Below are positions 1 to 13,971 of a stretch of 64,000 nt of DNA, one piece after another. Origin of the DNA: Oopsacas minuta (Eukaryota; Animalia; Porifera); contig JAKMXF010000295.1 of NCBI GenBank assembly GCA_024704765.1, positions 186,001 through 250,000 of the forward strand, read 5' to 3'. Below the pieces are notes generated by a model. It saw only the letters and a list, made by a program, of their open reading frames with translations. It ran no database searches and was not told the origin of the DNA. The first letter of the stretch is position 1. Every line of letters begins with the position of its first letter. Made by a program: the position numbers and the translations under genes.

Positions 1-294
1 CATGCATTCATCGATAAATATACCAATATTTAAAAATAATTTTGCAAAAAAACTAGACGTGATACGTATATTTTACAAAATTATTCAAAATCAGTATTAA
101 AATGTGGATTAGAAAATGTTTTGCAATAACAATCAGCAAATAAAATTTTTTTTTCCGCAGGGCTGTGTAGTTACTCCTATTTCCTATCAACCAACCATAC
201 CTGGCTTGACATCACCCATGTTAGCAATGGAACTATCTTCACATGAGTCTGATATCTTCTTCCAAACTCCTTCTATTACTCATGTACTACTACT

Positions 295-1700
295 TAAACG
301 TGGTCCTAAATCCAAAAGAAGTAAATTTCATGGAAATCAATTTACATCAAAATGTTTCCTACAACTACCTCAGGCGAGTCTTCAGATACTGATACTCCAT
401 CATGCGTAGACCTTGGCAATTTCAATACACACTTCCTCGCCGTGGATATACTTCGAAATTATCAGCCTCGTTTCCTTGCAGTAAATACAATGTACAATTC
501 AAAAGAAGAATCGGCACGACATCTAACAAAGCAACTATACCATCTGGATGAGGCTGCTAGATATTGGCATAAAAGCTGAAGCCGTGAAAAGAATTCGATG
601 TCCAAATTGCTCTCATGGATAGCTATCTCCCTATGAATCCGAATTCTTGCAGGATTGGCAAACATTTCCTATATCAAATGCGCTGATTGTTACCACCTAT
701 AAGGAGAATTTCTCTCCTCTAAACCAATGAGAATGCCTTTATGCTCTAAATTCAACACCGCATTACCAAAGTCTGCTCAGATGGAGTTACAATGCTTTCA
801 GTACTTCTATGAATTGATCTGGTTTCTCTTGGCGGGACCTTCACAATTTTACCACCATTCTGGATATGCCACCCCACTTCGAGCATTTGCCGCAATCATA
901 TCTTAAAAAAGCTTTAACTCCACCTGAGTGATAATTACTGGTCAACATCAATCCCAAACTGCATCAATATTGCACTGAACTTTGATAGTTCATGGATCCG
1001 CTATATCTGCCAACACAAAGAAGGTTTTGGACTATGTACTGTACAATCGTTTCCAATTATTCGACTATTGTTTTACACCGCAGGGGAAAATCACCAGCTG
1101 AAATGACAAAAGGTCTCGATATCTTCCTATCCTGTACTGGTGGGATCCATACGACTTGTGAAAATGATACTTGGTGTAGATGGAAACAAACACCTACTAC
1201 GGCTAAACAACTTCCAGCCCACTTACCAACTTGAGTCCAATTGGTAATGAAAAAGTTCTCGAGGTATTCCAAATCTATGCCACAGAAGAGATCTGCAGTC
1301 ATCTGACCCTTGGTTTAACTCCATATGCTAATGATTCCTTGTACAATGTTATCTGGAAATTCTTTCCAAAGTGCAAATATCTTTCTCCACAAAGCGTGCG
1401 AATTAGTACTGCCATTGCGATTACAATGTTCAATGAGGGTGAACTGTGTCTCTACAATATTATGGATGACCTGAAACTTAATTCTTCCTATATTCTTTCC
1501 ATTTACAAGCGCGAACGAACCAAGCAAAACACCAAAACTACATCAAAAAGGTAATGTCTATTGACGACTTCGCTGACAGAAGAATGCTAAACTGCATCGT
1601 GAAAAACAATTTCTCATGCTAGAGGATGGAGACTGCTATCTTGTCATAAATAATGATGGAATTGAAGACCCAGATCATTTTCCTCATAAACCTTCGATCA
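295..1700 (+). mobile_element. Mutator-like (MULE) DNA transposon remnant with frameshifts and internal deletions
   Basis: Fragments KRSKFHGNQF, CPNC zinc finger, NIALNFDSSW..ISANTKKVLDY, HTTCENDTWCRWK and TPYANDSLYNVIWKFFPK..AIAITMFNEG match recurrent MULE transposase motifs. The central DGDS catalytic segment is deleted. No TIRs identified. Confidence 0.75.
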
Positions 1701-2879
1701 TATTATCGATCGTTTTGGTAGGACAGAATTTGAAAATTTGCGAATCTGCCAATCTAGCCCTAAAGATTTTGTATGAATACTCATGACAATCAGTAGATTT
1801 CTAATGGCCGCGTGTAATAGAGCTATTCTCAATATGAGGTGCTATTTATATCATAAAAGTGATCAGGCATATTCGTGATTGTGATGGCGATCATTTTTGC
1901 CCGATAGATGGGGAATCACGATCACGGAACACTTTATAATGAATGATCGTGATTATCAATTTGGTGCTCGTCCCTTGTAAGATCATATGATATTTTATTC
2001 AGGCATATTTTGCAAAGAATTTATTCATATCTTCTGGTTACCGAAAAATTATATTCAGTGATAGAATTTGATCAATCAATCAAATCACAACATTCCATTA
2101 AAGTAACTGGGTTTCAGTGACAATCTAACAGCGAAGAATGTGATATATTCTCCTACCTATCATTAGCATCTTACTCTCTCTTCGACCGTGACACACTTAT
2201 TCTATTTCCTATCTATTGTGACTGCACTCACTCCCGCCAAGACACACTTATCCTGATTCCTATCAAGAGCGGCCTGCTTTCATTACTTTTACAAGTATCG
2301 CTGCCCCTTGCTGGTGTTATTTTCCTGTAAATACTCGTGGACGACGAAAACGGGACCGGTGAGTCTAGAGTTGCATGTACTAATATGTATCTAAAGAAAC
2401 TCTCTATATCTATAATGACTTATTCATACTCGAACCTGCATCCCTGGATACTCTTATACCAATTTTATCTATATATACCTATCCATACTCCTGCCAGGAT
2501 AATCTATTGCGAATTACCGTCACACATGCTTGGACACTCTAGTCTAATTCCTATCTCTATATCTTATGAAGAATACTCATTCTTATGACGGTATATATAA
2601 CGTAACATGATTGCATTGTTACTTCATTATCTAACATACGAAACTCACAGTGATAACCCTACCCTCTTGTTTCATTTATGAAGAATTTGGTGTGCATTAC
2701 CGCCCTACTTCCACCATATTTCAATATTTGTGGCATGCAGGTTGACTTGAGAGAAATTACACAATTATGTTACCCTTCATTTTGTACCTTACAACAAGTC
2801 CTGTTCTTCTGTATGCGGCTTATCTTCCATCAGACTTGTTGATTGTGAAAATTTGACTTAATTTGATATTTATTCACGT

Positions 2880-3550
2880 AAATGATCTGATTTGATTTGA
2901 TTTGATTGGGATTTGGAGGATTACCATGGCGCAGCCGCCCCCTATTATGCCAGCAGGAGGTCCAGAGTGGGTGTTGTCCGTGCATCCTTTGTGTCACAGG
3001 CACTTGATATTGGGGATTTGAAAGTATTTGTTTTGATTTGATATTACTAGAAATATATCAACTGCATATCTCTGTATCCCAATTATACTGCTAATTTCGC
3101 TGAACTCAGCTATTTTTTTGGTATTACACATAAATTTTCACACTTTTTACTGTGTCAAATATTAAATTTGGCATGTATAGTATATACTCGTAGTGACCTC
3201 TAAACGTGCACCTCACATTTGAAAATTTTTTATGTATATCTTCAGACCTTTTCGTGAGTACCTAATCTTATTATTTTCATAGGATATGTCAATCCAAATC
3301 TCTAAATACAGAGAGACTTGCTCTCAACAGGTATATAGGGGTAATCAATTACGCTGGATCCGAATTTCGCCAATTCAATTTCTCATTTGTAATTTTATAG
3401 TTAAATTTATGAGTATGAAGTAAAACAATAATTGAAGTCTCTGAGATCATGTAATGAATAACCCTCAACAGAACGATAGGAGGAGTAATCATGTTTGCTG
3501 GATCCGGTGGCTTAAGGAAAATACTGCACAGACGGTGATTTGAGATGCTA
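2880..3550 (-). mobile_element. Possible LINE (CR1/L2-like) fragments with a (TCAAA)n tail
   Basis: Minus strand near 3490-3530 gives a KATG.DNITPIVL-like RT-proximal motif. A (GATTT)n run at about 2885-2915 resembles a tandem-repeat 3' tail. Heavily decayed and interrupted. Confidence 0.3.
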
Positions 3551-4132
3551 TTTGTTTGAATGTTTATAGACCCGACTTCAGAAAACCTAAGATTATGTAT
3601 ACCATCTTCTTCAGTAGTCATGGAATTATCTTGCAATTACCTTGTGAGAGTGGCAAGGCTGTTACTGCTACTTTCTTTACAGAGCAAGTGCTTCCAAATT
3701 TGATAAAAAATATAAAAAAGTACCGCCCGAAAATCGGAACTCGAGGAATGAAGATTCTAATTGATAACGCCAGTTCCCATACAACTAAGCTTACAAAATA
3801 TTTCTTGGATATAGAAAGGTTAGAATTACTTCCCCATCCACCATACTCACCAGACCTAGCTCTGTGTGATTTTTGGCTATTCCCCAAGCTTAAAATCTAC
3901 CTTCAAGTCAAAGATTTTAACACATTACAAGCACTCGGAACGGGCCTGTACCAGTACTTCAAATCCATCCCCGAAGAAGAGTACAGAAATGTGTTTACAA
4001 GTGGGTGGGAAGGTTAAAACTTGTATATCTGCAGGAGGGGATTACTTTGAATAAATAATATAGTGAATTAGTGTGTATAGTGTTTGTATCATATTATATG
4101 ATATCACCCGCAAGACTTATTGAACGCCCTAG
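3550..4132 (+). mobile_element. 5'-truncated mariner (DD34D) element
   Basis: ORF 3556-4017 contains ILIDNASSH and HPPYSPDLALCDFWLFPKLK. The 3' TIR ends ...GACTTATTGAACGCCCTAG at 4132, followed by TA. No 5' TIR found. Confidence 0.9.
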
Positions 4133-4134
4133 TA

Positions 4135-5366
4135 CAGGGTTCTATTGAGTAATTATTTCATTCATCAATCGAAACATTTTATAGCTTCTATTTCTATATC
4201 CAAATTGGGCTAATTATTTGCATAATATAATGGTGAAAGAATACGGTATCATGATTCACTCACAGGCTGTTGGCATGCTACAAGCTAGCTCTTCTCAGAA
4301 GTTTGTGTCTCTTAAACTTCGAGTTAATATCCGTACAGTTCAGCGTTGGTGGCGACTTTTTAGGATGATTTGACATTAGACAACAAAAGGGGACGTGGCA
4401 TTAAATCGTCCAAATCGAAAGTTGTCAATATTGTAATTACTTAATCAATTGGTAAAAACGACTGTCTGTACGTAGTCTATCCAAGAAATTGAAGTTGAAA
4501 GGTCATTCCGTATCTCCGAGTAGAGTGTACCGTTATTTGACAAAAGAAAAGGGCGTAAAATCTTACAAACGCCAGCGGCAGCCGTTGATAACAGAAAACA
4601 TGGCTGTTGGGTTAAAGTTTTGTAAAGAACGTGTCAATTGGACAGCAAATGATTGAAAAAACATATTATTTACAGATGAATCACCATTTGAGTCAAATCA
4701 TCCCCCAAACATGAAAAATAATTCTGTTTGGGGAGAAACTCATTGGATGTTGAGCCCGTTCAGAACAATGAATTTCCCAAAGGAAATTTTAGTATGGGGT
4801 ATGATGTCACATCGTGCACTGTCGGAGTTACACTTCATTCTCGTTGGACAAACTGTATCTGTAGAATGCTATGTTAGTGAGATACTGGGTAAAACTTTAA
4901 TGTCTACAATGGATAGAAATCGAGAAAGAGGAACAGTTGTTGATAGAAAAATGTTAAAAAATATGTCCCGTGTGATATTTCAACAAGATCGTATTCCAGC
5001 TCACACGGCAAACATGACACAAAATTGGTTGAGAAGTAACCTAAAGAGTTTTTGGGCAAAAGGTACCTGGCCAGCCAACTCTCCAGACTTGAGTCCCATT
5101 GAGAACATATGGTCGATTTTGAAAGATGATCTAGATTCAATAGGTGAGTCAAAAGACATAAAAACGTTAGAAAATCGACTGAAAAACAGCATGGTCCAAT
5201 ATTTTACCAGAGTTTTTGGGCAAATTGATGGATGGGATGCCAAAACGAATCCATGAGTGTATTGAACTTAGTGGTGGGTATATTGACAAATATTTGTAGC
5301 AATATATCTAGTATTATATTAGTTATGTAATATTGTATAACACCACATCAATTGTGAAACACCCTG
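4135..5366 (+). mobile_element. Tc1-like element with DD37E transposase pseudogene
   Basis: FTDES, FQQD and SPDLSPIENIW motifs, with 37 residues between the second D and E. Starts CAGGGT after TA (4133-4134), ends ...GAAACACCCTG plus TA (5367-5368). The 5' TIR is degenerate; stops and frameshifts are present. Confidence 0.9.
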
Positions 5367-5469
5367 TATATAAATTATATAACCACTTTCAAGGAAATTG
5401 AATGAATTGTGGGATCTGGTGGAATTCACAGTGACAGATTGTTGAAATTGTTGGATTCTAGTGGAACCA

Positions 5470-5650
5470 CGTGATCCTCCTCTACTCATGCTCACATAAT
5501 AAGTCTTTAGTTGTACTGCGTGATTATCTACCTACATGTTCACATAAAAAGTCTTTTGTTATATGATGTGATCCTCAAGCCACATGCTCCCATAAGTCTT
5601 TAGTTATACCACGTGATCGTCCACCCACATGCTCACATAAGAAGTGTTTT
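5470..5650. repeat. Degenerate minisatellite, about 4 copies of a 45-49 bp unit
   Basis: Unit GTGATC..CACATGCTCACATAA.AAGTCTTT.GTT repeated four times. Confidence 0.8.
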
Positions 5651-6984
5651 TGAATCTAAATCTATATGAAAAATGAAGTTTTACTGTATTTTGTAAGAGT
5701 AATCCCTATAATTAGTGAACATGTTGATTTACCTCACTATCATTTCATAAATATCTTACTTAAGTTCGATATTTGTGTAAATAATCTGTATACAAAAGCA
5801 CTTTCAGAACACAAAACACAAGCTTTAAATTTCTCCTTATGTAAATGTGATTCTAACTATAATTTGTGACGTATCTACATTTTGTGGCCCCGCCAAATCA
5901 GGTTAGCAGTTCAAGGCCTAATGTTGAACAGGGTATCAAAAACAAGTAGAGTGGAACTCGGTTATTGTACATCCCTTCGGGAACCCAAATTTGTGCTTAT
6001 CACCCGACTCTACGTCTTATCCGATCAAAATGAGTGGAATGGAAATTGTGTTTTATAAGAAAGAAATTACGTCCGCTAATCCGAACAGTACTGCACCAAT
6101 GATCAGATGAAATCAAGTAATTTATTGTTCTGATTAGCGTAAATACCATAAATTATCCTATATGGGAAATCACAGCTTCAATAATCGAAGAAACAGCGCA
6201 TATGATTTCAAGTTAAAAGAATTAACAATTACGTAGTTATCATTGACCTATATTTTATATATATTTCGATCCAAACTCTGATGAGACGTATTTCAGTAAA
6301 TAATTTTCTAATGGATTATTTCAATTACAGCCGAGATAATGTGGCCCCTACGATAGTGATGTCTCGGGAATCGTTGGGCCACTGCTTTATGGTACACACC
6401 TTTTAATAAATATATAATAGTAACAATCTTTTCGGGTCCACGAATATCACTCCAAATCAGTTTCTTAATGAATATTTCCGATTGATAAACACTCGCCCGC
6501 CATCTTTCTCCCAATTTGTAGAGTTCTGAAAATATAATGAACACAAACACATGAAAACAATAAATAGATAATATAAAAATATATCTATGTATATATAGAG
6601 AGAGAGAAAGAGAGATAATCAAAATAGGAATAAATAATTTGAAGTAAAATTCGACAACATACTACAGTCTTTTCCCATTCTTCATAAGCATCCCAAGGTT
6701 GGGAGTTATAAGGGTTTGAGTGGATGCACTTTTGACACTAGTAGTAGCTTGTATCCCGCCAATAGACACCAAAAGTCTGTACTCTGTGCTTCTCACATAT
6801 AACATCATAGGTCTGTACTTCGTGATCCTCTGATACAACATCTGTGCTTCTACCGGTACCCATCAACATAGTAACATCGGTCTGTATTATTTGTATCCCA
6901 TCAATCATAGGTCTCAGGGTAGAATTATATAACACAGTTTGTTCATCTACAAAGATCTGGCAGAGCTCATAGGAGGGGCGAAAG

Positions 6985-7680
6985 TCTGATCCCACCGGTA
7001 TGGGATATGAGGATATCGGGACCTTTTGCCATTTTATCTGGTGATTTGTCCGTATTGTAACCACAGTCGAATAATTGGAAGCTATATACTCAGCTTTCGG
7101 CTCATAAAGTTTTGCTTTGAAAGTATTTTTGTACCTACGTGTTTTTCTTGATTTCGTTATAGAGTCTATTTCATCGTTTCCTCTCGTGGAGCTAGCATTC
7201 TTCTTTATGGATGGGAAGCGAGTTGTAAGGATCTATGATAGAAACTTGTTGGCAAGATTTAGAATCCCCATCGCAGATGAAAGTAATGCAACATAGCTTG
7301 CGCTTTTCAAGAGATCTACTTTTAATGAGCTTAGCTGCTTCACTCTCCATTGATTGGTGGATCCAGTGAATATTCCCATACAAGTGTATTTATGTAAGTC
7401 ATTCTACTTTTAGTATTCTTCAGGATGTAGGTTTTGGCGTTCTGCATGCCATTTGATGCATTTCTCACATCCACGATTGTACAGTACATAGTCCAAAACC
7501 TTCTTTGTGTTGGCAGACATTGCGATCCAATACCGGATAACTAAATGCCCGAAGCTCACTCGAGCATTAGCGGCAATCGTACCTATAAAAACCTGATGAA
7601 CTCCACCTAAGAGATAATTACAGCCATCATCAATACTAAACTGCATCAAATATTGCACTGAATTTGATAGTTCATGGTGA
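6985..7680 (-). mobile_element. Second Mutator-like remnant, same family as 295-1700, rearranged
   Basis: Minus strand has AMSANTKKVLDYVLYNRGCEKC, FICDGDSKS, KEEC and SNYST motifs. The string TCTGCCAACACAAAGAAGGTTTTGGACTATGTACTGTACAATCGT is identical to copy 1. Segment 7555-7677 lies in the opposite orientation. Confidence 0.8.
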
Positions 7681-7949
7681 ACAAAAGACTTATACTCTAA
7701 CGCACCCTGGCGCTTAGTTATATCAAGAGTTCGCTGTACATTCTACTTTATATCTAAATATTGGTTGTAACTAAACCCTGAACGACTAACACTAAGTTGA
7801 CAAAAGTATTTGAAATTATAGAGTATATAGTATTCTATCTAATATATGGTAGTAATGTTCAATTCAGAGATTATGTATTATTCATTATAACTACGTGTTA
7901 TGAAGTCAAAATAGCTTAGTTATTCTCAATTCTAATATTTTGTAGCATG

Positions 7950-8946
7950 ACCTTTCATATTTTGACTTCCTTGAGTCTTTTGGGGAAGACTTTCGATCAC
8001 CTGTTTATTTGTTGGACGCTTATCTTGCCCTATTCTTCTATTAGGGAATTTCTTAACTCCCCAAGTTTCTCGGTTGCGGCTGCTTCTTTCGGACGTTTAC
8101 CATCAATAATTCCCAAACATTCTCGATGGGATTTATATCGGGAGATTGAGGCGACCAGGTTAACAGAGGAATCCTTTTCTTACCAAACCAGCTTATTGTG
8201 TTTTCGCTTTGTGACAAGGAGCACTGTCTTGCATAAATGTTCTTTGTTTTCGCTTGAATCTCTTCCAGAATGGGAAAAAACGCTCTAAAATATTGGAAAT
8301 ATACTCATTAGAATTTATTGCAGTTGCAACTTCTATTAGCGGACCGATTTTACTGTAGGCTATACATCCCCAAAACATGACGGACCCCCTCCACCTTTAA
8401 TAGTCTTATTTATACATTCAGGCAGGTAACGCTTAGTTGCATTCCTCCAAACTATTATTCTCCCATCTGAGTTTATTAAGTTAAACTTCGACTCATCGGA
8501 AAAATGATTTGCTTCCAATTGAATATTCCCCAAGATTTGTAACTAAAAGCAAAATACAACTTTTCCGTTGATTAACTTTAGAGATCCACGATTTCTTGCA
8601 CGGGCGGCGAGCTTGGAATCCAAGATGATGCAGGTTGCGAGATAGTGTTTTTTGGATATTTGTAGAACTTTCCCGTCGTTATAATAGTTGGGTTAAGTTC
8701 TTAAGACTTGAACGGCCATTTGATTTTACGATTGACTTCAGCTTGCCTGCAACCTCTCTGTCATCAACTTAGGACGGCCTACCCTTTTAAGATTCTCAGT
8801 TGACCCTACCCTTTTCCACATACGAATTATGTAGTGCAATGTTGAACAGTTTACATTCAATATTTGGCAGATTTGTGCTACTCCATAACCACCTTTTTAT
8901 AACCCAATTTCTTCCGAGCGAGTTGAATTTCACAATTCTTAGGCAT
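7950..8946 (-). mobile_element. Tc1 (DD34E) transposase pseudogene
   Basis: FSDES, MFWGCI, FMQDSAPCH and WSPQSPDINPIENVW motifs. 34-residue D-E spacing after repairing one frameshift. TIRs not identified. Confidence 0.85.
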
Positions 8947-10161
8947 TTTGCGGAGATTGTTTGGTCTATTCTTTAAGATACTATGATCAAATAAAAGCAG
9001 AAATTAATAAATAAATAATCAGCAATAGAATTATCAATATAAAGCGAATTCTATGTTCATATAATGTGGTTGAAGTATATATATATTGCAAGAGAAGGAA
9101 TATTTCAAATATTATGTCCACTTCGTGTATTTTAGGTTCTATATTCACAAATATTCATTTACATTCCTTAGAAGGGGCTGTTTTTTTTAGAAAATCAAGC
9201 TGATGAAACTTATTTCGAATTTTACCACTTCCTTCTCACCTTTTCCTTCACCAACAACGGCATTTTTCACCTCTTTGGCTCACAAATTACACATTTTCTC
9301 GAAAATATACGAAAAGTTTTCCTCATTAATCCAAATCCTATGTAGAAAATTATATTAGTCCACTATAGCTATAATGAAATAGTGCTTACGAATTCTATAC
9401 AAACTACGAGAGGAATGCAGATATTCAATCTTGTGGTTATTGACTCTTTTATCAGTTGATTCTTTCATGATTTAAGCCCTAGACTAGTGCCATTGAATTT
9501 TGTTAGCGTTGCGCTAGACCAGTAGATAATCTTTAAATAAGTTTACATCCGCTTGAATTATATGTTCTGGATAAAACACAAAACATTCCCCATTAATGTA
9601 AATATATATTCGTGAATTTAGAACAAAGCTCCCTTTAGATTTCGCACTGACCACCCATGCATTCGCCCAGAATATCTACAACACCTCAGACATACTCTAT
9701 TTTTGGGTTTTCGAATTCGAAAATCGGGCTCTAGCATCTCCAATACGCATATCTAAGCTACATATTCCCGTTTGGAACACCTTGAGATCTTTACATATGT
9801 TGATGCCCCAGCCTGCTACAATGGGGCATCTTAAAATGTTGAGGCTTTGTAGACTATGGATGGACGAAAATGCATACTCTTGTGGCTCAGTCTAATCTCA
9901 TCCGATTGCTTTGAGATTTTCATAGAAGGTGTATATAAGGTAGATCTCTAAAATCCGGGTCTAATTCGATGTTCTAGGATTCCTGCTAATGCAGCACCAT
10001 GGACCCTTAATCTTAGTATAGATATGTATATATGCTCTATTTTTGCCCTTCGAGTTGAATTTAATTTTTTATTACTTGAATATTTTAACCTTTAACTCAT
10101 GAGTTTTACATCCAGTGCTAACTTAATTTGTATTCTCTCTAATTTTTCTTTAGATCTATAT

Positions 10162-10254
10162 ATGTCTATCCTTTTAGAAAATTATAATCCTGATCTATGC
10201 TCTGTTTTTACCAATCCTCAATATAACCCAGATGCAGTTGAAGTTAAAGCTAAG
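10162..10254 (+). CDS. par-6: Par-6 coding exon 1 (start of the PB1 domain)
   Basis: Encodes MSILLENY...DAVEVKAK, matching the Par-6 VEVKSK motif. Followed by a GTAAGT donor in phase 0, matching the phase-0 acceptor at 31258. ATG lies 8 nt after a CTTTAG acceptor-like site, so an upstream UTR exon is possible. Confidence 0.8.
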
Positions 10255-10286
10255 GTAAGTATTTGTATAATACTTAATGACCTACA

Positions 10287-10451
10287 GGGTTTTTTCTAGA
10301 TGATTTAATGGGGGCAAAACGCCCCCGTGAAATGGTTTCGGCTCCCCTGCGCTATTGTTATGGTATGCACTTTAGCTCCAAACTATGCCTCCCTCTAATT
10401 CATGGAACATTGATTAGCTTCCCCCTGAAATATTCCCCTAAGAAACCCCTT
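10287..10451. mobile_element. Small hAT-like MITE
   Basis: Imperfect termini CAGGGTTTTTTCTAG and CTAAGAAACCCCTTG. No TSD confirmed. Confidence 0.4.
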
Positions 10452-13047
10452 GATCTCTATTGACATTTTCTCAACTAACCAATAGTCAGATTATTTAGTA
10501 TTTCTAATTGATCCTAACTTTTCATCATGAGGTTTTCTATTCAACACCATGGATTTAATGTGGGTAGCATGGATACTTTGAATTCTTGCCACGTAGGTAA
10601 GAAATATTTCAAACGAAAGGTACTAACAAGGACTACAAGAATACACGGACACAACAAATCCAAACCCACTAGACGAGTGCAATGGCTGAATATTGATCTA
10701 CCATAATTTCTGTTTTATTTGGAATTTTTCCATACTTTTGGGTCTAATGCAAACAAATCTTTTGATAAATGTTTTTAGAGTGGAATTTCGTTCTTACTGG
10801 CTCATAACTTTCTCTATTTCCTTTTTAGCCACGCATGACATGGATTTCTTATTGATGACAGTAATAAATTTTTCAGGTGCCTAGCACAGTAACTATGTGA
10901 GTTATTCATTATACATGTATTAACAACACATAAATATGAAATCCAAGCCTAAGTATGGCTTCTGAATTTTACGTTGTGTCATCATTTGATTGCGTAATAG
11001 CCCTTTTTGGACCATTTTGGGTGTATTTCGTGCTGGTGATTGATCATGTTTTATACAGATGGATCTTACATCCTTGCATATACTTTAGTGACATGTGAGT
11101 GTTTCAAAACAGGTGAAATGTTTATGAAAATTGACACATTACCCAGTTGCTATGAAAATTTCAGTAAACATATTATAGCCTTAATTGAAAAAATCCTTAA
11201 TGGTAGAGCACTACATTTGATTGGTCATTCCCAATACATGACCCCTAATACATGACATTAGCTGTTAGAGTTAGGAATTAACCTGTATTATTCATGAATA
11301 GGAAGTCCCTGTTTCGCAATTATTAGTATCAAATTTAGCGCTCTATCATCAATTTTCTCATTTTTTGCTAAAATTTCTTTAAATTCTTTTTCATAGTAAC
11401 GGAGGAATTTTTAAAAATTACACCTTATATTTGGATAAACTAAAGTGTGAGAAATCAAGGATGGGTAATCCTTCCTTTATAAAACATGGTTATTTACGCA
11501 ATCGAATAAGGACACATCAAAAGTAAAGTGGCCATAAGCATGCTGGTCATTATATTTATGTGTTGGTGATATTATTAAAATGAATAACTCCACCGTTGCT
11601 GTCATTTAAGAATTTGAGCCCGTTATGAGTCTTTTATGACCAGATACTCCACATAAATGTATTTATCATAAGATTTACTTGCATTTAAATACAAAAATTA
11701 TGGAAAAATCCCAAGTAAAACAGAATTTTTGGGAGATAAATTTTCAGCCTATGGATTCTTCACTGAGTTTGGATTTGTCGCGTCCTTGGTACGGTTATAG
11801 GGGAACATGACCAGAAGTTGCATGTTTCCATTAGACAGAGCAATAATTGCGCGATATTTAAGTTCTTTTGAGATATTGGTGGGACATTTGCCTCATACTA
11901 TTTGGCGTGACGTTCCTGAGTTTTGTTACAGTTTGGTATATGATTTTTTTGTTTCATGTAATATACTAGTAGATCTGTGAGTCTTCGTTTACTTTAATAT
12001 TTTCCTTGTAAAAAATATTTGTCTTTTATATAATTCAATCTTTTTATGGTTATACTCTACAGTTAGTAACGAGCTTTGTGCCTTGAGAAAACATTGACTA
12101 TCAATCTCTATCTTGATATTTGTCTATTTGAAGAATTAGGGAAGTATTTGCCGCTTCTGAGGTCAATATTGATTTATTTAGCGGAATGTGACTAGGATTT
12201 CATGCCTTCATTGTTCGTAATTATCCAAATTAACATCGCCACATGCCTCTGTTCCTCAACTGATCTGTATACCTGCCCTATCTAATACTTTCCTAGCTTA
12301 TTGTACATTGTTATAATTGATACATCCAGTTTTTGATTTTTTTGTATTCACAACATGCAGTGTTAAAAATGTTTCTGAGGGTGTGACTAGTATAGAAAGT
12401 AAATTTGATATGAAATAGTCGAAGGGAATATTTATGCATGGCTAGTAAATCTAGAGGGCACATGAGGGACTGCAGGCTCTTGAAAGAGGCAAGGGAGGAC
12501 ACTTTTGGATCGTTTCTTCGATTAATTATTTCAGTTTATTATTGTTTTGAATGTTCTTTCCCTGAATGCAGGTGGAAATTTTAAAATTTTGCCGCACATG
12601 ACTGCATAATGTGTTAGAATGGGCATTGAAAGTGGAATTACGCATCTAGATATTTGCTACAAATTCAAAATTTTTCGCTTTGTGAAAACTCCTTCGAAGC
12701 TTATGGTGTTTTAAACCTCAAAACATTTTGAACGTGTGGTTTCACCACAATTTGTCGTTTATTGGGATTAATTTATAGATAGGAAATATATGGACAGTAT
12801 CTTTGTATATATTGTTGATACTAGCAAATCATGAATTTGAAACCACTTTTCAAACAAGGGAATTTTGAAAATTCCCTTGGTTAAATTCCACCCAAATCTA
12901 TTGTAGTAATTCAAAAATGGTTATGAAACGATTTCCTATTTCACAAATTTTCAGTCCAATCATTACTCTGGCTAAAAAGCAATGAGACCTTCCCTGGGCT
13001 GCCGTGGGTACGAATTCCTATTACCATTCCCATCCAACTCACACAGG

Positions 13048-13971
13048 CACATTGTGGAACTATGCGGTATTAGGTGAAATTTGACTTCGCTATTAACCAA
13101 AATTCGTGTGTGCATTCGATTTGACACTATTTTAAACCTAGAAATATACTATTATTAGTTACTTAATGAACTTATAACATGTATAAACAAAGTCTCAAAC
13201 TTAGGCTAAAATTTACTATTTGAAAACCTGAAAGCCACAAATCTTTATTCTTCAAATACCCTTGCGATATTTTAGCATTCCAGGGTTTTTAGTAATTCAA
13301 TGGCATTTATCAGTATTCGTATACACTATGTGATTAATTTGAAGTCGTTTGCGAACAAATTAAATGTCTATTTTTTAATTCTCTAGCATTTTTAGCAGTC
13401 TATTTTTATCCATATTTCAGCTCCTTGACCTACTTTTTAGCTCCCCGATCTTACAATGCAAATAATTGCAATTCGAATAGTTGACAATTTCCCCTAGTAT
13501 ATCTTGCTAAATTTAATTTTCAATAATTTCTAGACCTGCCCAAAGGGGCCCACTTATACTTTTCTTGACATTAAGTGAATGGGCAGACCCATTCGGAAGA
13601 AATATATTTTTAGAGAATGTTATTTTCGTCATACATTTATAATTACTGTATTTCTAATTCATTACTATCACTTTATGAAGTATCCAATGCATAAATTAAT
13701 TCAGTATACGCATTGTTATTTAAGTTCATCAATAAATAGGGCTGGCTAGTATAAAACATTCACAAATTTAAACTCATTTATCCTCGAACCATAACTATTA
13801 ATTATATCAAAATATCACAGATTACGTCGTAACGATTTCCAGTAGTGTAACTAAAGATCCTGTGCCATTTTTGAGATTTACAGTGTCGATTTACTATATA
13901 TGACAATATTTTATCATATATCTTTAGTATAAGTACCTATTACCTCATAATTACCATTTTGCGACACTGTG
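13048..13971. mobile_element. Probable non-autonomous Transib/RAG-type element (924 bp)
   Basis: Ends are CACATTG (left) and CACTGTG (right, CACAGTG on the minus strand). Exact 5-bp direct repeat ACAGG at 13043-13047 and 13972-13976. No ORF. Confidence 0.65.

Noticed and set aside
2646-2652. Other isolated CACAGTG heptamers (also about 5427 and 59744)
   Set aside because: No partner end with a matching 5-bp duplication. Expected by chance.
5470-5650. CRISPR-like array
   Set aside because: The whole unit is degenerate, with no constant repeat and unique spacer. The context is eukaryotic and no cas genes are present.
6738-7064. 108-aa ORF as a host gene
   Set aside because: Its first third is an off-frame read of the Mutator remnant. 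The remainder has no recognisable motif.
11040-11255. ORF with YTDGS and LHLIGHS motifs (RNase H, lipase or hAT fragment)
   Set aside because: The motifs point to incompatible families and the lipase GHSxG is incomplete. Not assignable.
12990-13020. tRNA/SINE B-box-like motif (also about 55160)
   Set aside because: No A-box or cloverleaf could be built.
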